Notes: a model not told the origin generated them from the sequence alone. DNA of 63,779 nt, filler included, from Guillardia theta CCMP2712 (GCF_000315625.1; 7 parts of 7 records of this genome joined end to end with filler, not necessarily neighbours in it), one strand, 5' to 3'; numbered from the whole stretch's first letter, positions 1 to 12,698 are shown. Numbers and translations: made by a program.

Positions 1-88
<88 letters not shown>
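1..88. repeat. (GA)n microsatellite, probably intronic
   Basis: Pure GA dinucleotide run at the window start. Confidence 0.95.
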
Positions 89-92
<4 letters not shown>

Positions 93-153
93 AGGAGGAC
101 AGGGAGGAGGAGAGGGGGTGATGTGAGTGGTGGCGTGTGAATTTTTCCTGCAG

Positions 154-365
154 GCGCTACACAGAATGAGGCTCGAGAGATTGAACTGAAGATCGAACAG
201 GTGAAGGAGAGGAGAGAGCAAGAGAAAGATGGCGAGGGGAGGAGCTGACATGTGCGGCAGGAGAACGCCAGACTGAATGTGCTCAACATGGAGCAGGTGG
301 TGAAAGATCTCGAGCAGATCAAGACGGAGAACCAGACGATGACAAAGAAGCTCGAGCAACGATGA
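154..365 (+). CDS. CCDC22: 3' exons of a CCDC22-like coiled-coil protein (Commander/CCC complex)
   Basis: Exons 154-200 and 261-365 flank a GT-AG intron with a CTGAC branch point. They give ATQNEAREIELKIEQENARLNVLNMEQVVKDLEQIKTENQTMTKKLEQR*, which resembles the CCDC22 C-terminus as I recall it (TG..RE.R.LE.QIE.E....NLEKI..D...L.QEN). Confidence 0.55.
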
Positions 366-1182
366 TGATCACCATCATGATAGCGATGGATGAGGAGGAG
401 GAGGAGGAGGAGGAGTGGCTTAGTTGTCTTTCATTACAGTGAGACTCTCTCACTAATCAGTGTACACAATCGCACATGCTCAAGCATGCGCGTTGAAGTT
501 CCAGGGCTGCAGTGGAGGAGAGGAGCTTCCTATCGCTTGGTTGCGCTCATCTTCACTTCCTGGTAGAGTTTGCGAGCAAAGGGAGCCGCCATGACCGCTG
601 CGAGCAAACGAGCACGTGAGGAGGAGGAGGAGGAGCACAGAGAGCGAGGAGGAGGTTGGCATATGAGGTTGTATGATCAGGAGATGACTGTGAGGAGGAG
701 TAGGAGGAGAGGAGCAGGGCTGACCGAGGGTCGTCGTGAACGTGATCGCTTTGAGCTGAAGCATTTGCATGTCCAAACAGGAGACGCTTGCTGCGCTCCT
801 GCAGCGCGAGTTAGGATGGCGAGGAGGGATGAAGGGCTCTTGCCTCTTGAAGTAGAGATGTAGAATCGTGACTTGTGCTTGCTGTGACAGCAACCTGCTG
901 CTGTTGTGGACCTCCAGAATCAAGAAGTTCCTGATGGACAAGAAGGTGAGGGAGGAGATTCAGACTTGACACTGCTGTAACTTCTGTATCACAGCTCCAA
1001 CAAGCAACTTCCTCCGTCGCTACCATCCATCCTCACCCCTTATGTGTATCTTCCGTCACTTCGCCACCTCATGATGACCTCTGTCCTTCAGGTTACATCC
1101 ACCTACTCAAACAAATCCTGTTCTACTGGAATCCTGCCTTGATTTCTTTTCCCTTCCCTCCATTCCCTCTCTACTGGCTTCT

Positions 1183-1282
1183 GTCTCGTCTCGTCTCCTC
1201 TCCTCTCGTCTCGTCTCCTCTCGTCTCCTCTCGTCTCCTCTCGTCTCCTCTCGTCTCCTCTCCCCTCCTCTCCTCTCCTCCC
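1183..1282. repeat. (TCTCG/TCTCC)n pyrimidine microsatellite
   Basis: Direct inspection. Confidence 0.9.
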
Positions 1283-2064
1283 CATCATAGTTTGTCTCCT
1301 TGCTTGGCATTTTCCTCCTCGCTCCAGTACCCCATCCTCAATTTTCTATCTCCCCACCCCACCCCCTCATTCCCCATCATGCAACCACTATGACCCATGG
1401 AAAATGGGGGGTCATCTACGACCCCCACCCTCAAAGTCCCACAGACAACCCCCAAATACGCCCCCTCTCGTGCGATTCAAACGGAAGAAACTGAGGGGTG
1501 GGGTGATAACCCCTACCCCCTATAATGAGTGAAAATTCCCTACACCCCTCCTAGGGCTGCTATAAAGGGCGCGGCCTCACAAAGCTTCTGAAAAGGACCC
1601 TACCCCCATTGTCCACCCAACACCCCCTCTATTCACCTTAATTGTACCCCTTCTTCGAGATAACCAGTACCCACCCCGTACACGCACGTCCAGAACAACC
1701 CGAGATACCGGCCCCCCTCATCCCCTCACGCCTCAGTCTCGTTCAAGTACGTCCGACGTACCGCAGGGCCGCCGGGCCTTCAGTGCCGGGCCGCCGCGGT
1801 GGGTGTAACGGTCCGACTCGGCTCGCCAGGGCCGTGCAGCCTCCGTTACTGCCCTGATACGGCAGGGCCGCTTCCGACGAGGCCGGGGGACGGTCGGACT
1901 GACGCGGCCCATCGGCGTGACGCGTCAGTAGCCTACCCGGCGTACTACCGGCGTTACGCGGCACCCGGAGTGATGGATCCGATCGTATCTCGGCCCGGAG
2001 AAAGATACCGTACAAATAGGGGGCTCCGGCAGTCCGGGCTAGTAGATTATTTAGTAGAAACTTT

Positions 2065-3340
2065 CTAGTGGGATCTTGACTTGATAAGCTTCGTCACTTT
2101 CTGCAGCAGAGAGTTCAGCTGGTTGTCCATCTTCTTCTTGAGCTGCAAGACCTGCAGACGTGTTAGAGTCTCGGAGACAGACAGGCTCCACTCGAAGTCA
2201 CAGAGCGAGGAGAATGGAGGAAAGAGAGAGGGGGGAGGGGGAGATAAGGCGTTTGCTAGATGCTCACCTCCGCGGTCTTCTTCGCCTTAATCTTGCGCAA
2301 TGCTTGGTTCATCTGAGTGCCTCCCACATCAGCGAGCTGCGTCTCCTGTCCTCCCCCGGTCCTCCGTCTGAGCGAAGCAGACTTGAGCTCCTGCATCTGG
2401 TTCTTCAGCTGCCGGATGGCAGAGACTGTCTCCTTCGCGAGTGTCAGCAGGGACATCTTCACCGCCTTCAACTCCGTGTCGCTCCTGCCTTTCCTTCGCC
2501 CTCGAGACCCAACCATACGATCCTCGTTTGCGTCTTCGCTGTCATCCCCCATGGTCACCGCCATGAGCTCCTTGCGCAGCTTCGCCTGCTCCATCTTGGC
2601 CTTGAGGATCTTCACTCGCCATTGTGCCAAGTTATACGCATGCTCTGCAGCGTCCTCCGCCGCCCACTCCATGGGAAGCTGCTGGCTGGCGGGAGCAGGG
2701 TAGGGAACCGGAACCTGTTGCACGGGTGCCTGCTGGGAAGGAACATTGACAATGATCTGGTCGGGGTTCTGACTGCAGTCTGATCCCCCGCAGTCCTCTG
2801 CTTCAGGCTCCGAGGCCTGGGCCTTAGGCTCAACCTCCTCCCTCACCTTGCCGTCTGGCTCGACCACCTCCTTGACCACCTCCTTCTCGCGCGGCTGGGC
2901 AGCCGGGGCTTCAGGCACACCAGCATCATTCATGGGCTCAGCAACAGGACGTTCCTCAGCCGCTGCTGCTGGCATCTCCTCTGCTTCCACCGCAGCCGCT
3001 GCTCCATCGCCACCAGCTGCCACTGGCTCGGCAGCTGGCTCTTCGGCCGCACCCGCTGGCGCTTGCTCTTCCCCCTGTTCCCCCTGCGGTTCCTCAGCAA
3101 CGGCAGTAGGCTGTGCCCAGACGCCCGTGGTCGGTCTGATCCCGTTGCCGTAGATTCGGTCATACATCCACGTGTTCCCTCCTCGCTCCCAGGTCGGAGG
3201 GCCCTGGGACGGCACCGGGTGCAGCCCTTCAGCTCCTCCCATGGCGCCCATGGCCACTTGACCTTGGATGAGAGACTGGGTTCGAGCAGCAGATACTTGG
3301 GCATCTCGTAGACGTTCAGGCCCGGCGTGAAGATTCCCTC
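2065..3340 (-). CDS. Hypothetical protein with acidic/Ala-Pro-rich region and C-terminal coiled coil; spliced, 5' end uncertain
   Basis: 333-aa ORF 2256-3257, a donor near 2266, and a last exon VLQLKKKMDNQLNSLLQKVTKLIKSRSH* ending at 2065. Confidence 0.6.
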
Positions 3341-4229
3341 CTGATCGTCAAGTCACGATTCGACCCTCCCACCAGCTTCACCGCCTCTCGCATGACCAAG
3401 TATCAACATGCCACAAGGCTCATGGCTGACTACACGACAGGCTTCCAGGGAATCTAAAGATATCAATGATGTCCATGCCATAGCAACCAGCCCATCCTCG
3501 GGCTCCTTCGATCTCCTCACACATTTCTACAACTACTCAGGTCGCTTTTCAAAGTCAGCTCGAAACCAAGACAAGTGCTGATGCCTCAATTGACATCCTT
3601 CCTTTCCCCTTCAACGAAGCAAGGTCTCGCCTCAAGAATTATCGACCTCAAGCTAATGGTGAGGTCTATCCTCCATGCTCTTCCCACACCTACTCAGCCT
3701 GCCCTCACTGCACCTCAGCCAACCCCTCGCTTCTCCATCCTCCTCCCTTGCCTGATCTTCATCTTCACGTGTGTTTCTTCATACCTGAGTGAGCTCGGTC
3801 GACGGCTTGCTTGTTGATGCATACAAGTACATCATCATCATCGCCGCCGCCGCCGCCATGGCCGCCGCTCCTCCAGCCTTCCCCACCATCATCGCCGGCG
3901 CCTCTTCACAACCTCCGTTACAGATCGTTACTTTAGCCGTTGCGACTTATACAGACCGTTATCGCCTTGCGTAAGACAAGTCATCAGAGATGATAAATCT
4001 GGGGGTGGGTAGTCAATAGTCCAGACAAAATTGGGGGTGGGGGGTACGATCGGAAGTGACTCTTCGCACTTGGCATGCAGAGGCGATAGGGGCAGAAGAA
4101 GAAGAAGAAGAAGAAGAAGAAGAAGAAGAACAGAGACTGTCTTGCGCTAACACGTCGCTGACTGAGTTGAGAGATATCTTCTCATCTTGTCTCATTCTTT
4201 TCATTCCTTGTTGAGACTTTCTTGTCCAA

Positions 4230-5123
4230 ATGGTACAAGCAAGTAGGAACGTGAACATCCATGAGCCAGCCAGGGATTTGAGCTCCTTCAAGCTCAAGAG
4301 CAAAGATCCTCGAAGATCGATGTTTGTAAACAGCCTAGCGCTTGCCGCTTCATGTATTGTCTTCGCTGCTGCCCTGCTGATGCTCGTTTCGTCTCCCGGG
4401 AGACCGGAGGAGCCGAACTCACGGGTCAAGTCAGTGCTCCTCCAGCATGCGGTCACTCAGAAGTTGGAGCAAGAGAACAAGTGCGACAGCGCGTGCCAGC
4501 AGAAGAAGCAGATGGTGGCAGCCGAGATGAAGCAACTGCGCGAGCAGATCAAGCATGATTATGATAGCATGGTCACCTTCGGAAACAAGGCCGGGTACGT
4601 ACCTCCCGTTCGCTCCATCAAGGAACAGGTCATGGATGGAACCCTCCTGGGGGGCAGTGATGATGGTCCTGCTGCTCCTCCTCCTTTCGACCCCAAGCTC
4701 GCTGCCAAGCCCGGCAAAGCCTTCGGGGCTGCCAACATGAAGAAGCTCCTTGCATCGCAGGAGCCTCATTCCCAGGCAAGATCGAGAAGATCCTCCTCCT
4801 CCTCCTCCTCTATCCTACCTCCCGTTCAATCTCCGGATGACGTCGCCAAGAAATTCCTTCAGGACGTTCCATCATCCAAGTCTAGCGATGACTTCACTTC
4901 CTCGGTGCTTCACCCCAGCCTCTCGTCCAAGATCAGCATGCACAGCAAGTCCAGCAAGACACACAGCAACAAGGCTTGGGAGAAGGCGTTCAGTTTCATG
5001 AAGCATCACCAACATTCCCAGGCCAGGGCTGAGCTGCATGACATGGCCAAGAGAGGACACGTGAACCCCGAGCCTTCGGTGGTGAGGCGAGCAATGCAGA
5101 AGGCGCTTTCCTTCGACTTGTAA
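4230..5123 (+). CDS. Hypothetical single-pass membrane protein
   Basis: 297-aa ORF with an N-terminal hydrophobic helix (LALAASCIVFAAALLMLV) followed by coiled coil and Ser-rich tail. Confidence 0.7.
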   Translation: MVQASRNVNIHEPARDLSSFKLKSKDPRRSMFVNSLALAASCIVFAAALLMLVSSPGRPEEPNSRVKSVLLQHAVTQKLEQENKCDSACQQKKQMVAAEMKQLREQIKHDYDSMVTFGNKAGYVPPVRSIKEQVMDGTLLGGSDDGPAAPPPFDPKLAAKPGKAFGAANMKKLLASQEPHSQARSRRSSSSSSSILPPVQSPDDVAKKFLQDVPSSKSSDDFTSSVLHPSLSSKISMHSKSSKTHSNKAWEKAFSFMKHHQHSQARAELHDMAKRGHVNPEPSVVRRAMQKALSFDL

Positions 5124-5552
5124 GTCCAGCACTGTCTCCTCTCACTCCCTCTCCTCTGTTTCCTCTAGCTCACGAAAGGGTCAGGCAAAAGTCAAGATCG
5201 GAAGTGGCCGGCGACAAGCTTCTCGGCTTGCATCTCGGACACCACTCGTCGGTGGTAAGATTGAGAAGCTGAGGTTAAAAGGCTGACGTTGATGCAGAAG
5301 CGTCACGGGGATCCGCTGGGAGGAAGGTTTCTCCGTGACTTCTTCGGCGACTACAAGAAGCACTGACCGGTTGGATGACGAAAACCTAACTGTAGCAGCC
5401 TATTTTCTTGAGATTTTTTCTTAGTTAAAACATGCAGCGATAGCGATGAGATTCTGTAATTCCTATATGAGCAAGCGCATCTGCTGTTTTGTTGCCCGAT
5501 CGTTTGGATTCGTCGATGTCTTCTGCCATGGATTCGTTATTCCTCTTTCCTC

Positions 5553-6407
5553 TTAGTCCATTCTTCCTCGGAGGGTCCTTGTGATCACTCGATCGGGACA
5601 ACTGCACAGCCCGTCAGAGCAACGCCAGTCATAAGCGTGAGATACATGATGTGGACGACAGCTCCCCATCCGCTCAGACAGTCTCTGTCCTGTCCCGCGA
5701 GAAGACACTGAGAAACGGTTTCGAAGAGCTCTTCGGGCTCAAGGTCTGCAGCAAGTCAGAGAGTCATTGAAACCTAGGGTGACATCGCTTCACCTTTCCG
5801 CCACATTGATTCACACATCCCCATAAGCTGCTCTGTACATGTGCCTGCTACAACAAACCCATTCGTGTCCATGTCTGGGAGGAGAGGAGCCCCGATAAAG
5901 TCGGAAGAGAAGAGGTACGGCTTGTTCTCCTTGTCCAACCCCGCAATGACCGGCTCAATGAAGTACGGACCGAACCTGCCTCCAACGTCAAACGCCTCCC
6001 CCACGTCCCTTACACACCAACCGCTTTTCGTAGAGGAGAGTCGAGACCATCTTTCCGAACGAGGCGGGCTTAATGAGCCTCTCCTGCCAGGCTGTGAGTG
6101 ACATGGGGGAGAGCTAGTGGGTCAGACCTCTCTGAGCGAGTACATGGCCAACCTGAACTTCAATCTTTCGTAAAAGGTCTGCTGGTCGGTGGCAAGGCCA
6201 GCAAGACCGATGAAGAGCCTGATTGCAAGGAGTCACGAGACTCTACACCACTCTCAATGTACAGTACTGGTCATGCATCTTGTACACTTTCGTCTTGTCT
6301 GTCGCTAGAGTCTGGTATTGCGCACCATATCGCTTGTCGCATGCAATCGCTACACAGTTTTTCCCCGCCATGCCAATAACGCAGCCACCATTGTACTCCG
6401 TGATAGA
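5553..6407 (-). CDS. PSMB3: 20S proteasome subunit beta type-3 (multi-exon; ATG micro-exon upstream not located)
   Basis: Spliced exons read [102 protein letters not shown] and [10 protein letters not shown]. Confidence 0.93.
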
Positions 6408-6844
6408 CTGCCAAGAAGATTAATGATGTCTTTCAGGATGTCTTTCATCGTGTTGTTTCAAGCACACTCGTTCTTATCTCTGCTCCTGGAGCAAAATCTT
6501 GCCTTGCCTCTCCTGTTAATGCTTGCCTTTTGCCTTCAGCCAGTCCTTTCTTCCTAGCAAAACATTTCCAAGAACCTTCTATCTATGCTCTCAACACGCT
6601 ATCCTCTTCTCCGTTATACCCTCGACCAATTTTTGGATGGGAATTGACAGAAGACAGAGAAGGTGAGAGGAGTGCAGGTGAGTGTAAATCACATTGAGTG
6701 GAAGAGAGAGAGAAGATGATAATGAGAGCAGGGACGAGAATAGTTGGCAAAGGGCTCTCTCACACAAGTATCATCTTCTCCCTCTCCCTCTCCCTGTCTC
6801 CCTCTCTTTTCGTCTGCTGTCTCTCCTTTTTCTAACTACTTCCA

Positions 6845-7105
6845 TCTTCTCTCCTCTCCTCTCCTCTCCTCTCCTCTCCTCTCCTCTCCTCTCCTCTCCT
6901 CTCCTCTCCTCTCCGCTCCGCTCCGCTCCTCTCCTCTCGTCTTCTCCTCTCTGCTCTCCTCTCCTCTTCTCTCCTCCGCTCCTCTCCTCTCCTCTTCTCC
7001 TCTCTGCTCTCCTCTCCTCTTCTCTCCTCCTCTTCTCTTCTCTTCTCTCCTCTCCTCTCCTCTCCTCTTCTCTCCTCTTCTCTCCTCTTCTCTCTCCCCT
7101 CCCCT
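6845..7105. repeat. (CTCCT)n degenerate microsatellite
   Basis: Direct inspection. Confidence 0.9.
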
Positions 7106-7511
7106 CCATCGCTTACCATTTTTGTCTCCGCCACCTGTCCTTCTGTGCACCACCACCCCACCTCGAACAGGAATTTGTGTACCCCCTATAAAGTACCACC
7201 CACCACATGAAATAGTCTCATTCAATATATATTTCTCTAGAAAGGACCCCTTATATGGATACCCCCACCCACCAATTGATGTGCCTCACCTCGGACGAGC
7301 CTGAGAGCGTAAATAAGCTAAAGGCATTTGAAAACAAGAAGAGCTAAATCATTAAAAATGATAGAAATGAGAACCAGAAGTTCGCCCAACCGGATTGTGG
7401 CGACACGAATGCAGGACAAGAGGAGGAAGAGCGAGAGGAAGAGGAGGAGGAAGTGGAGGAGGAGGACGAGGAGGACGAGGAGGAAGAGGAGGACGAGGAG
7501 GACGAGGAGGT

Positions 7512-7548
<37 letters not shown>

Positions 7549-7818
7549 AGCAGAAGGAGAGGGAGAGGGACAGGACAGGACAAGATAGGAGGGGGAAAGA
7601 AGAAGAGGAGAGGAGGAGAAAGCAGAAGGAGAGGAGAGAATAGCAGAAGCAGGGGGTGGTAGGAAGGAAAGGAGAGGAGATCAAGGTCAGTTCAGGGCAA
7701 GATAGGTGTGGAGAGGAAAGAGAGGAGGAAAGGCATCAGTACAAGAATAAAGAGCAGCGGAGAAGACAGCAAGCGAGTCTGTTGACAAGTTCAGTAGGTT
7801 TTACGCGCTGACGTCGTC

Positions 7819-9064
7819 ATGCTCATTCCTACTTTCCTTGCTCTGTTGACACCACTGGTGCCACTGGGAGGAGGAGGAGGAGGAGGAGGAGGAGGAGGAG
7901 GAGGATTTTCTTTGCATTCTCCGCATGTTCGGGCAGGGCGACCTTCTCTGCTTCCTCTCCTTGCCAAGTGGCATGGCCGTCAGCCGTTTCCTCCTCCCGT
8001 GGTGTTCGAGGCGGCAGAGGAGCACACGGCCAGCATCATCTTCCTCCATGGCTTCGGGGCGCAAGGGGCCGGGCGGGGGCAGCAGCTGGAGGAGCAGCTG
8101 GACTTGCCGTGGTGTCGCGTCGTGTGCCCCCTCGCCCCTCTGCGCCCCACCAGCATGGGGGACAGGCAGAGCTGGTCGAGCGTCGACCTGCTGCCGCAGC
8201 GACTGCTGGCTGGGGAGGGAGGAGGGAAGAGAAGGAGAACGACGGGAGAGGAGGAGGAGGAGGAGGAGGAGGAGCAAGGATGGAGAGACGGCTTCCCACA
8301 GGGAGGAGGAGAGAACTTGAGGGTAATCGAGGAGGATGAAGTTGACGCGTCGCGCAACGCCGAGTACATCAAGCGCCTCATTCGAGCTGAGATGCGAGCT
8401 GGAGTGCCAGCAGACCGGATCCTCCTGCTGGGGTTCTCTCAAGGCGGATGCGTCGCTCTGAGAGCTGCCATGACACTTGAGGAACGAATAGGAGGAGTCG
8501 TAGCTTGCTCTACGTCAGTGAATCCTGCTCCTCCCTCTCCTCCTCCCTCTCCTCTCCTCCCTCCCTCCCTCTCCCTCCTTCTTTCCCTTCTCACTTCCTT
8601 CAGGTGGTTTCCGCGGCTCAGGAGCTCAGCGCGAGTGAGCGCTACAGCGAGAGAAGTTCCGATCCTCCTCCTGCACGGCAAGACCGACTGGGTTGTTCCT
8701 CCTGCTCTTGGACGGCAAGCGGTGAGGAAGAAGAGTTGAGAGAGAGGAAGAGAAGAGGGGGGGGGGGCGGGGGGGGAGGGAGGGGAGGGAGGGGAGGGGG
8801 GAGGGGGAGGTGGTGGGGATGATGGGGCTAAGGGGAAGGCAGGCGGAGATTTGCAGGAGGATTGGACTCCAGGCATCCTTAGAGGAGTTTGAGGTAAGAC
8901 AAGAGGAGCAGGAGAGGAGGAGGAGGGAGGAAGGGGGTAGAGGAAGAGAGAGGAGGAGGAGACTGAGAGACGGGCAGGGCGTCGGGCATGACATCACTCC
9001 TGAGATCATCCGGAGGCTCAGAAAGTTGATGCAGGAACTCGCTCCTCGAATAAAGTTGACATGA
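7819..9064 (+). CDS. Acyl-protein thioesterase / phospholipase-carboxylesterase family alpha/beta hydrolase
   Basis: IIFLHGFG, RILLLGFSQGG nucleophile elbow, LLHGKTDWVVP (Asp) and GVGHDIT (His) in the last exon; introns near 8520-8603 and after about 8722. Confidence 0.88.
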
Positions 9065-9386
9065 CAGAGGACGAGGAGCCGCCACCACCACCACCACCAC
9101 CACCACCACCACCACCTCCTCCTCCTCCTCCTCCCCCCCACCTCCACCCCCACCAGGCCGTTGAAATGAGAGGAAGAGGGTTGATGAGATCTTTATAGTA
9201 CACAGTCAAAAGGACGTTAAAGATTGAAGGTAAGAGAGGAGAAGAGCAGGAAGAAGAGCACAAGGAAAGGAGGAAGAGCAGGAGAAGGAGGAGGTAGAAG
9301 AGGAAGAGGACGAGGAGAAGGAGAAGGAGCAGGAGGTGGAAGAGGAGGAGGAGTGAACGTGGAGGATGAACGGACGGGCAGCTTTG

Positions 9387-9477
9387 TCACTTCACACCGT
9401 CTGGGCTGTCAGTCCTCCGGATCTTGTAAAGCTTATGCATCTGCATCTGAGTGAGACGAGAAGAGGAAGAGAGGGAA

Positions 9478-9518
<41 letters not shown>

Positions 9519-10271
9519 ACCTTGACTTTCTGGTCGTGAATCTTCCGGTCATGAATTTGAATTTCTCCGATAATCCTGAGGGAGGAGGAGGAGGAGGAGA
9601 AGACAACGCAGACTTGAATGTCTCTGTACCCATCCTCCACCTCCTCCACCGCGAACTTGTTCTTGACGCGCACCAGCGGCATGAGGGGATGCATGCTGCT
9701 GCTTCCCGTCACCCACCCGAGCACCTCCAACATCTGCGAAGGGCCTTCACAGACGATTGAAGAGCGAACCTGAGCGAGAGTCAGAGGAGGAGGAGGAGGA
9801 GGAGACGGAAGAGGAAGGAGGCGGTCTGACCGGATCGAGGATGTGGCGGGTGAGGGGCCAGGTCTTGCCGTCCTCCGCATAGTCCTCGAGCTTCTCACGC
9901 ATCCTCTCCTTCCGCTTCACTGGCGCACTGCAGACCTCCACCACGCTCCTGCCGTCCTCGAAGTCGCAGTCCACGAAGATGCCCGAGCGAGACCCGGCTG
10001 AGCTCGAGCCGGAAGCGAGGTGGGAGTGGTGCTGGAGAGAGGGGGAGGCGGAGGCGTGGGAGGCGACTAGCTCGAAGACCCTGCGCTGGAACTCTTGGTC
10101 GAGCAGGTTGGCACGCGAGTGAAGCTGAGAGAGGAAGAGATCCTCCTCGAGCACGTGACCACCCTCCACCTGCCTTCCCAGCTGACTCTCCTGCTGGTAC
10201 CTCATCTCTTCCCTCGCCGCCTCGTCCACGCGTATGGCCCCTACCTGTTATGGCAATCAGGGAAAGAGAAG

Positions 10272-10323
<52 letters not shown>

Positions 10324-12538
10324 TGGAGGACGAGAAAGTCGAGGACGAGGACGAGACCTCGGAATGGTCTTGCGTGTGGATACCAGCAGGACCCCAGCTG
10401 ATCTCGGGAAGGGCCACGAGCTTGAGGCCATGAGGGAGGGACTGCATGTCGTGGTAGCGGCTGGTGCAGGAGGCCGCCAGGTAGTCCATGTGCTCCTTGA
10501 GCTCCTCCTGCAGCAGCGCGAACATGCGCGGGTAGTCTCGCCACATCCTCAGCTGCAGGAGCTTCTCGCGGAAGTACTGGAAGCGAAATTCAAAGTCGTC
10601 GTCCACCAGATTCGACAAGGCCCCCTTCGTCCTCCTCCCTGAGCCTCTTCCATCCCCCCCTCCGAGTCTCTGCCCCTCCTCCTTGTCCGGCAAGTCCATC
10701 CATATGGAGAAGGAGTGCGTGGGATCGAGGAGCTTCACGCAGACGTTCACGATCAAGTGAAGGAGGAGGAGCATCCGGGACCCCTCCTCCGTCAACGGCT
10801 TCGCCAAGTCCATGTTCCCCCAGCTCTCCTCCTGCTCTCTGCTCCTGCTGCGAGCATCGACGTCCCTCAGGAACGTGCCTAGCAGGTCGACAGCTCGAGG
10901 GTCGAAGTCTCGCATGCAGAAGAGCGACGAGATGGCGACGAGCTGGGAGAGGGAGAGGGTGCCTTCCACCTTCCTCCTCCTCCAGCTCCTCACCAGCAGG
11001 GATCGCTCGCGCGCCAGGAAGAAGCCATCTTCAGCTCTGATTCTAAGCGCCTCCCTCACTTCCGCCATCGCCCGCTTGAGCTCAGAGTCCAACTCCTCCT
11101 CCAGCTGACTTCGCCGCCAGTACACGAAGATCGCCCCGCAGCAGCAGCAGGTGAGGAGGAACAGGAGGGAGGGGACGATGATGATAACGAGCAGCAGGGT
11201 CTTGCTGAGAGAGGTCCCCCTAGGAGCAGGCACGAGAGGAGGAGGAGTCTGGGCATCCTCAGTCGACCCGGGGGCAGGAGGGAACACGTCCTTGGTCTTC
11301 AGCAGCCCTCGCGTCACGCTCCAAGTCGCCACCACCTCGTAGATGAGAAGCCCCGAGCTGGAGACCAGGAGCTGACCAACTTCGAAGTCAAACCCCAGCA
11401 GCGCCCGATCTCCGGTCTGGTTCACAAACCTCACTTCTCCTGTCAGCCCCGCAAATTCCCGCTTTCTCGTCTCGTCTGCCAGCTCACGCCCTCCGCCCGT
11501 GCTTCCTGCCAACCCAAACGCCATCGCCCACACAGCGTCGTAAGCGAAGGCAGCAAGAATGGAGGGAGAGGAGGAGAAGGAAGGTTCTAGGCCGACGGCT
11601 GCCGCTGAGGCGTTGGCATCCTCCCACATCTTGAGCATCAGACCCTCTCGTCCGGTCAGCGGTGCCTCCCGGATCCACAGCCAGCCGGCGAGCAGCTGGC
11701 GAGCAGCTGGCGGATTCTTCATGCCGCCCACGAGAACCTCCGGGTCAACCTCGCCGGCGAGCACCCACGTCCTGTCAGAGAGCAGCTGATGCGCGTCTGC
11801 CAAGGCGAGGAGAAGTTCGAGCAGGTCGGAGCTGCTGCTGTAGAGGAGGATGACGGAGGCAGGGGAGGAGGCGATGGAGGCCATGAGAGAAGCATCGGGA
11901 GGGAGGCTGACCGGTAGAGCCTCTACCATCACCCCTGGTTCCTGCAGTAGCTTCAGCCCGGCAGCGAACTCATTGCCTTCGGGAGAGTCTTGGTAGAGGG
12001 CCAGTATGGAGCTGAAGGCGTACTGCTTGAGGATGGTCGCGGCGGCGAGGGCGTCGAACTCGAGGGTGAGGGAGGTGCGGGAGAGGAAGGGAAAGAGAGC
12101 CTTGTCCGCAAACGACTTGAGCTTGGCGCTGTAGCTCATCACCGACAAGCCGCTCGGGGCAGTGAGCGAGCATGCGGCTTCAAGCTCAAACGTGTCGAGG
12201 TTTGCGACTATGGCGTCGGGTGGCTGCGACCACGACAAGATGTCACGAGCGATGAGAAGAGGCGAGAAGGAGGTCTGGAGGAAGGAGACGTTGAGCTGGA
12301 AGGGACGCGGGAGGGAGGCAGCCTCCTTGACCACCACGTTGCTCCTCGCGTTGACATGCCGAGCTGCGATGGCGAGGGCGAGGAAGGCGTCCCTGAGGTC
12401 ATTAGACGAGAAAGCAGAGGTGTTGCTCGCCGACCGCAGGGGAGAGACGAAGAGGAGGCTTGCGCTGGTTCTTGCGGAGAATCCGAGGGTCAGGTGCGAT
12501 AGGAGCAGGAGGAGACAGAGAAAGTTGGCATCAGCCAT
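9387..12538 (-). CDS. Single-pass receptor: signal peptide, ANF-receptor/periplasmic-binding-protein type-1-like ectodomain, TM helix, cytoplasmic RelA/SpoT-like nucleotidyltransferase domain
   Basis: Signal MADANFLCLLLLLSHL; ectodomain motifs FADKALFPFLSRT, AFAYDAVWAMA, EFAGLTGEVRF..TGDR; TM LLLVIIIVPSLLFLLTCCCCGAIFVYW. Downstream exons (about 10244-9831, 9770-9521, 9440-9387) give APVKRKERMREKL, ILDPVRSSIV, RVKNKF..DGYRDIQV, IGEIQIHD and MHKLYKIRR. Confidence 0.75.
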
Positions 12539-12698
12539 GGGGACACGGAGATCAGGGAAAGAATTTGTTGAGTTCCATGCTGAAGAACCTGTCCAAAAGA
12601 CATCAACGGCAAAACATGACTTCCAACTATTAAAATGTCTCTCTCGAAGTGTTTTCCTCTTGTTCCAGCACCCTGACTTTGTCATTCTTCAACCTCAC

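Noticed and set aside
480-1105. Possible small spliced gene on the minus strand
   Set aside because: Splice-like sites exist, but I could not build a consistent frame or recognise a product.
6694-7684. Poly-Leu/Ser/Glu/Arg ORFs, also at 12162-13108 and 56383-57138
   Set aside because: Translations of microsatellites or antisense shadows.
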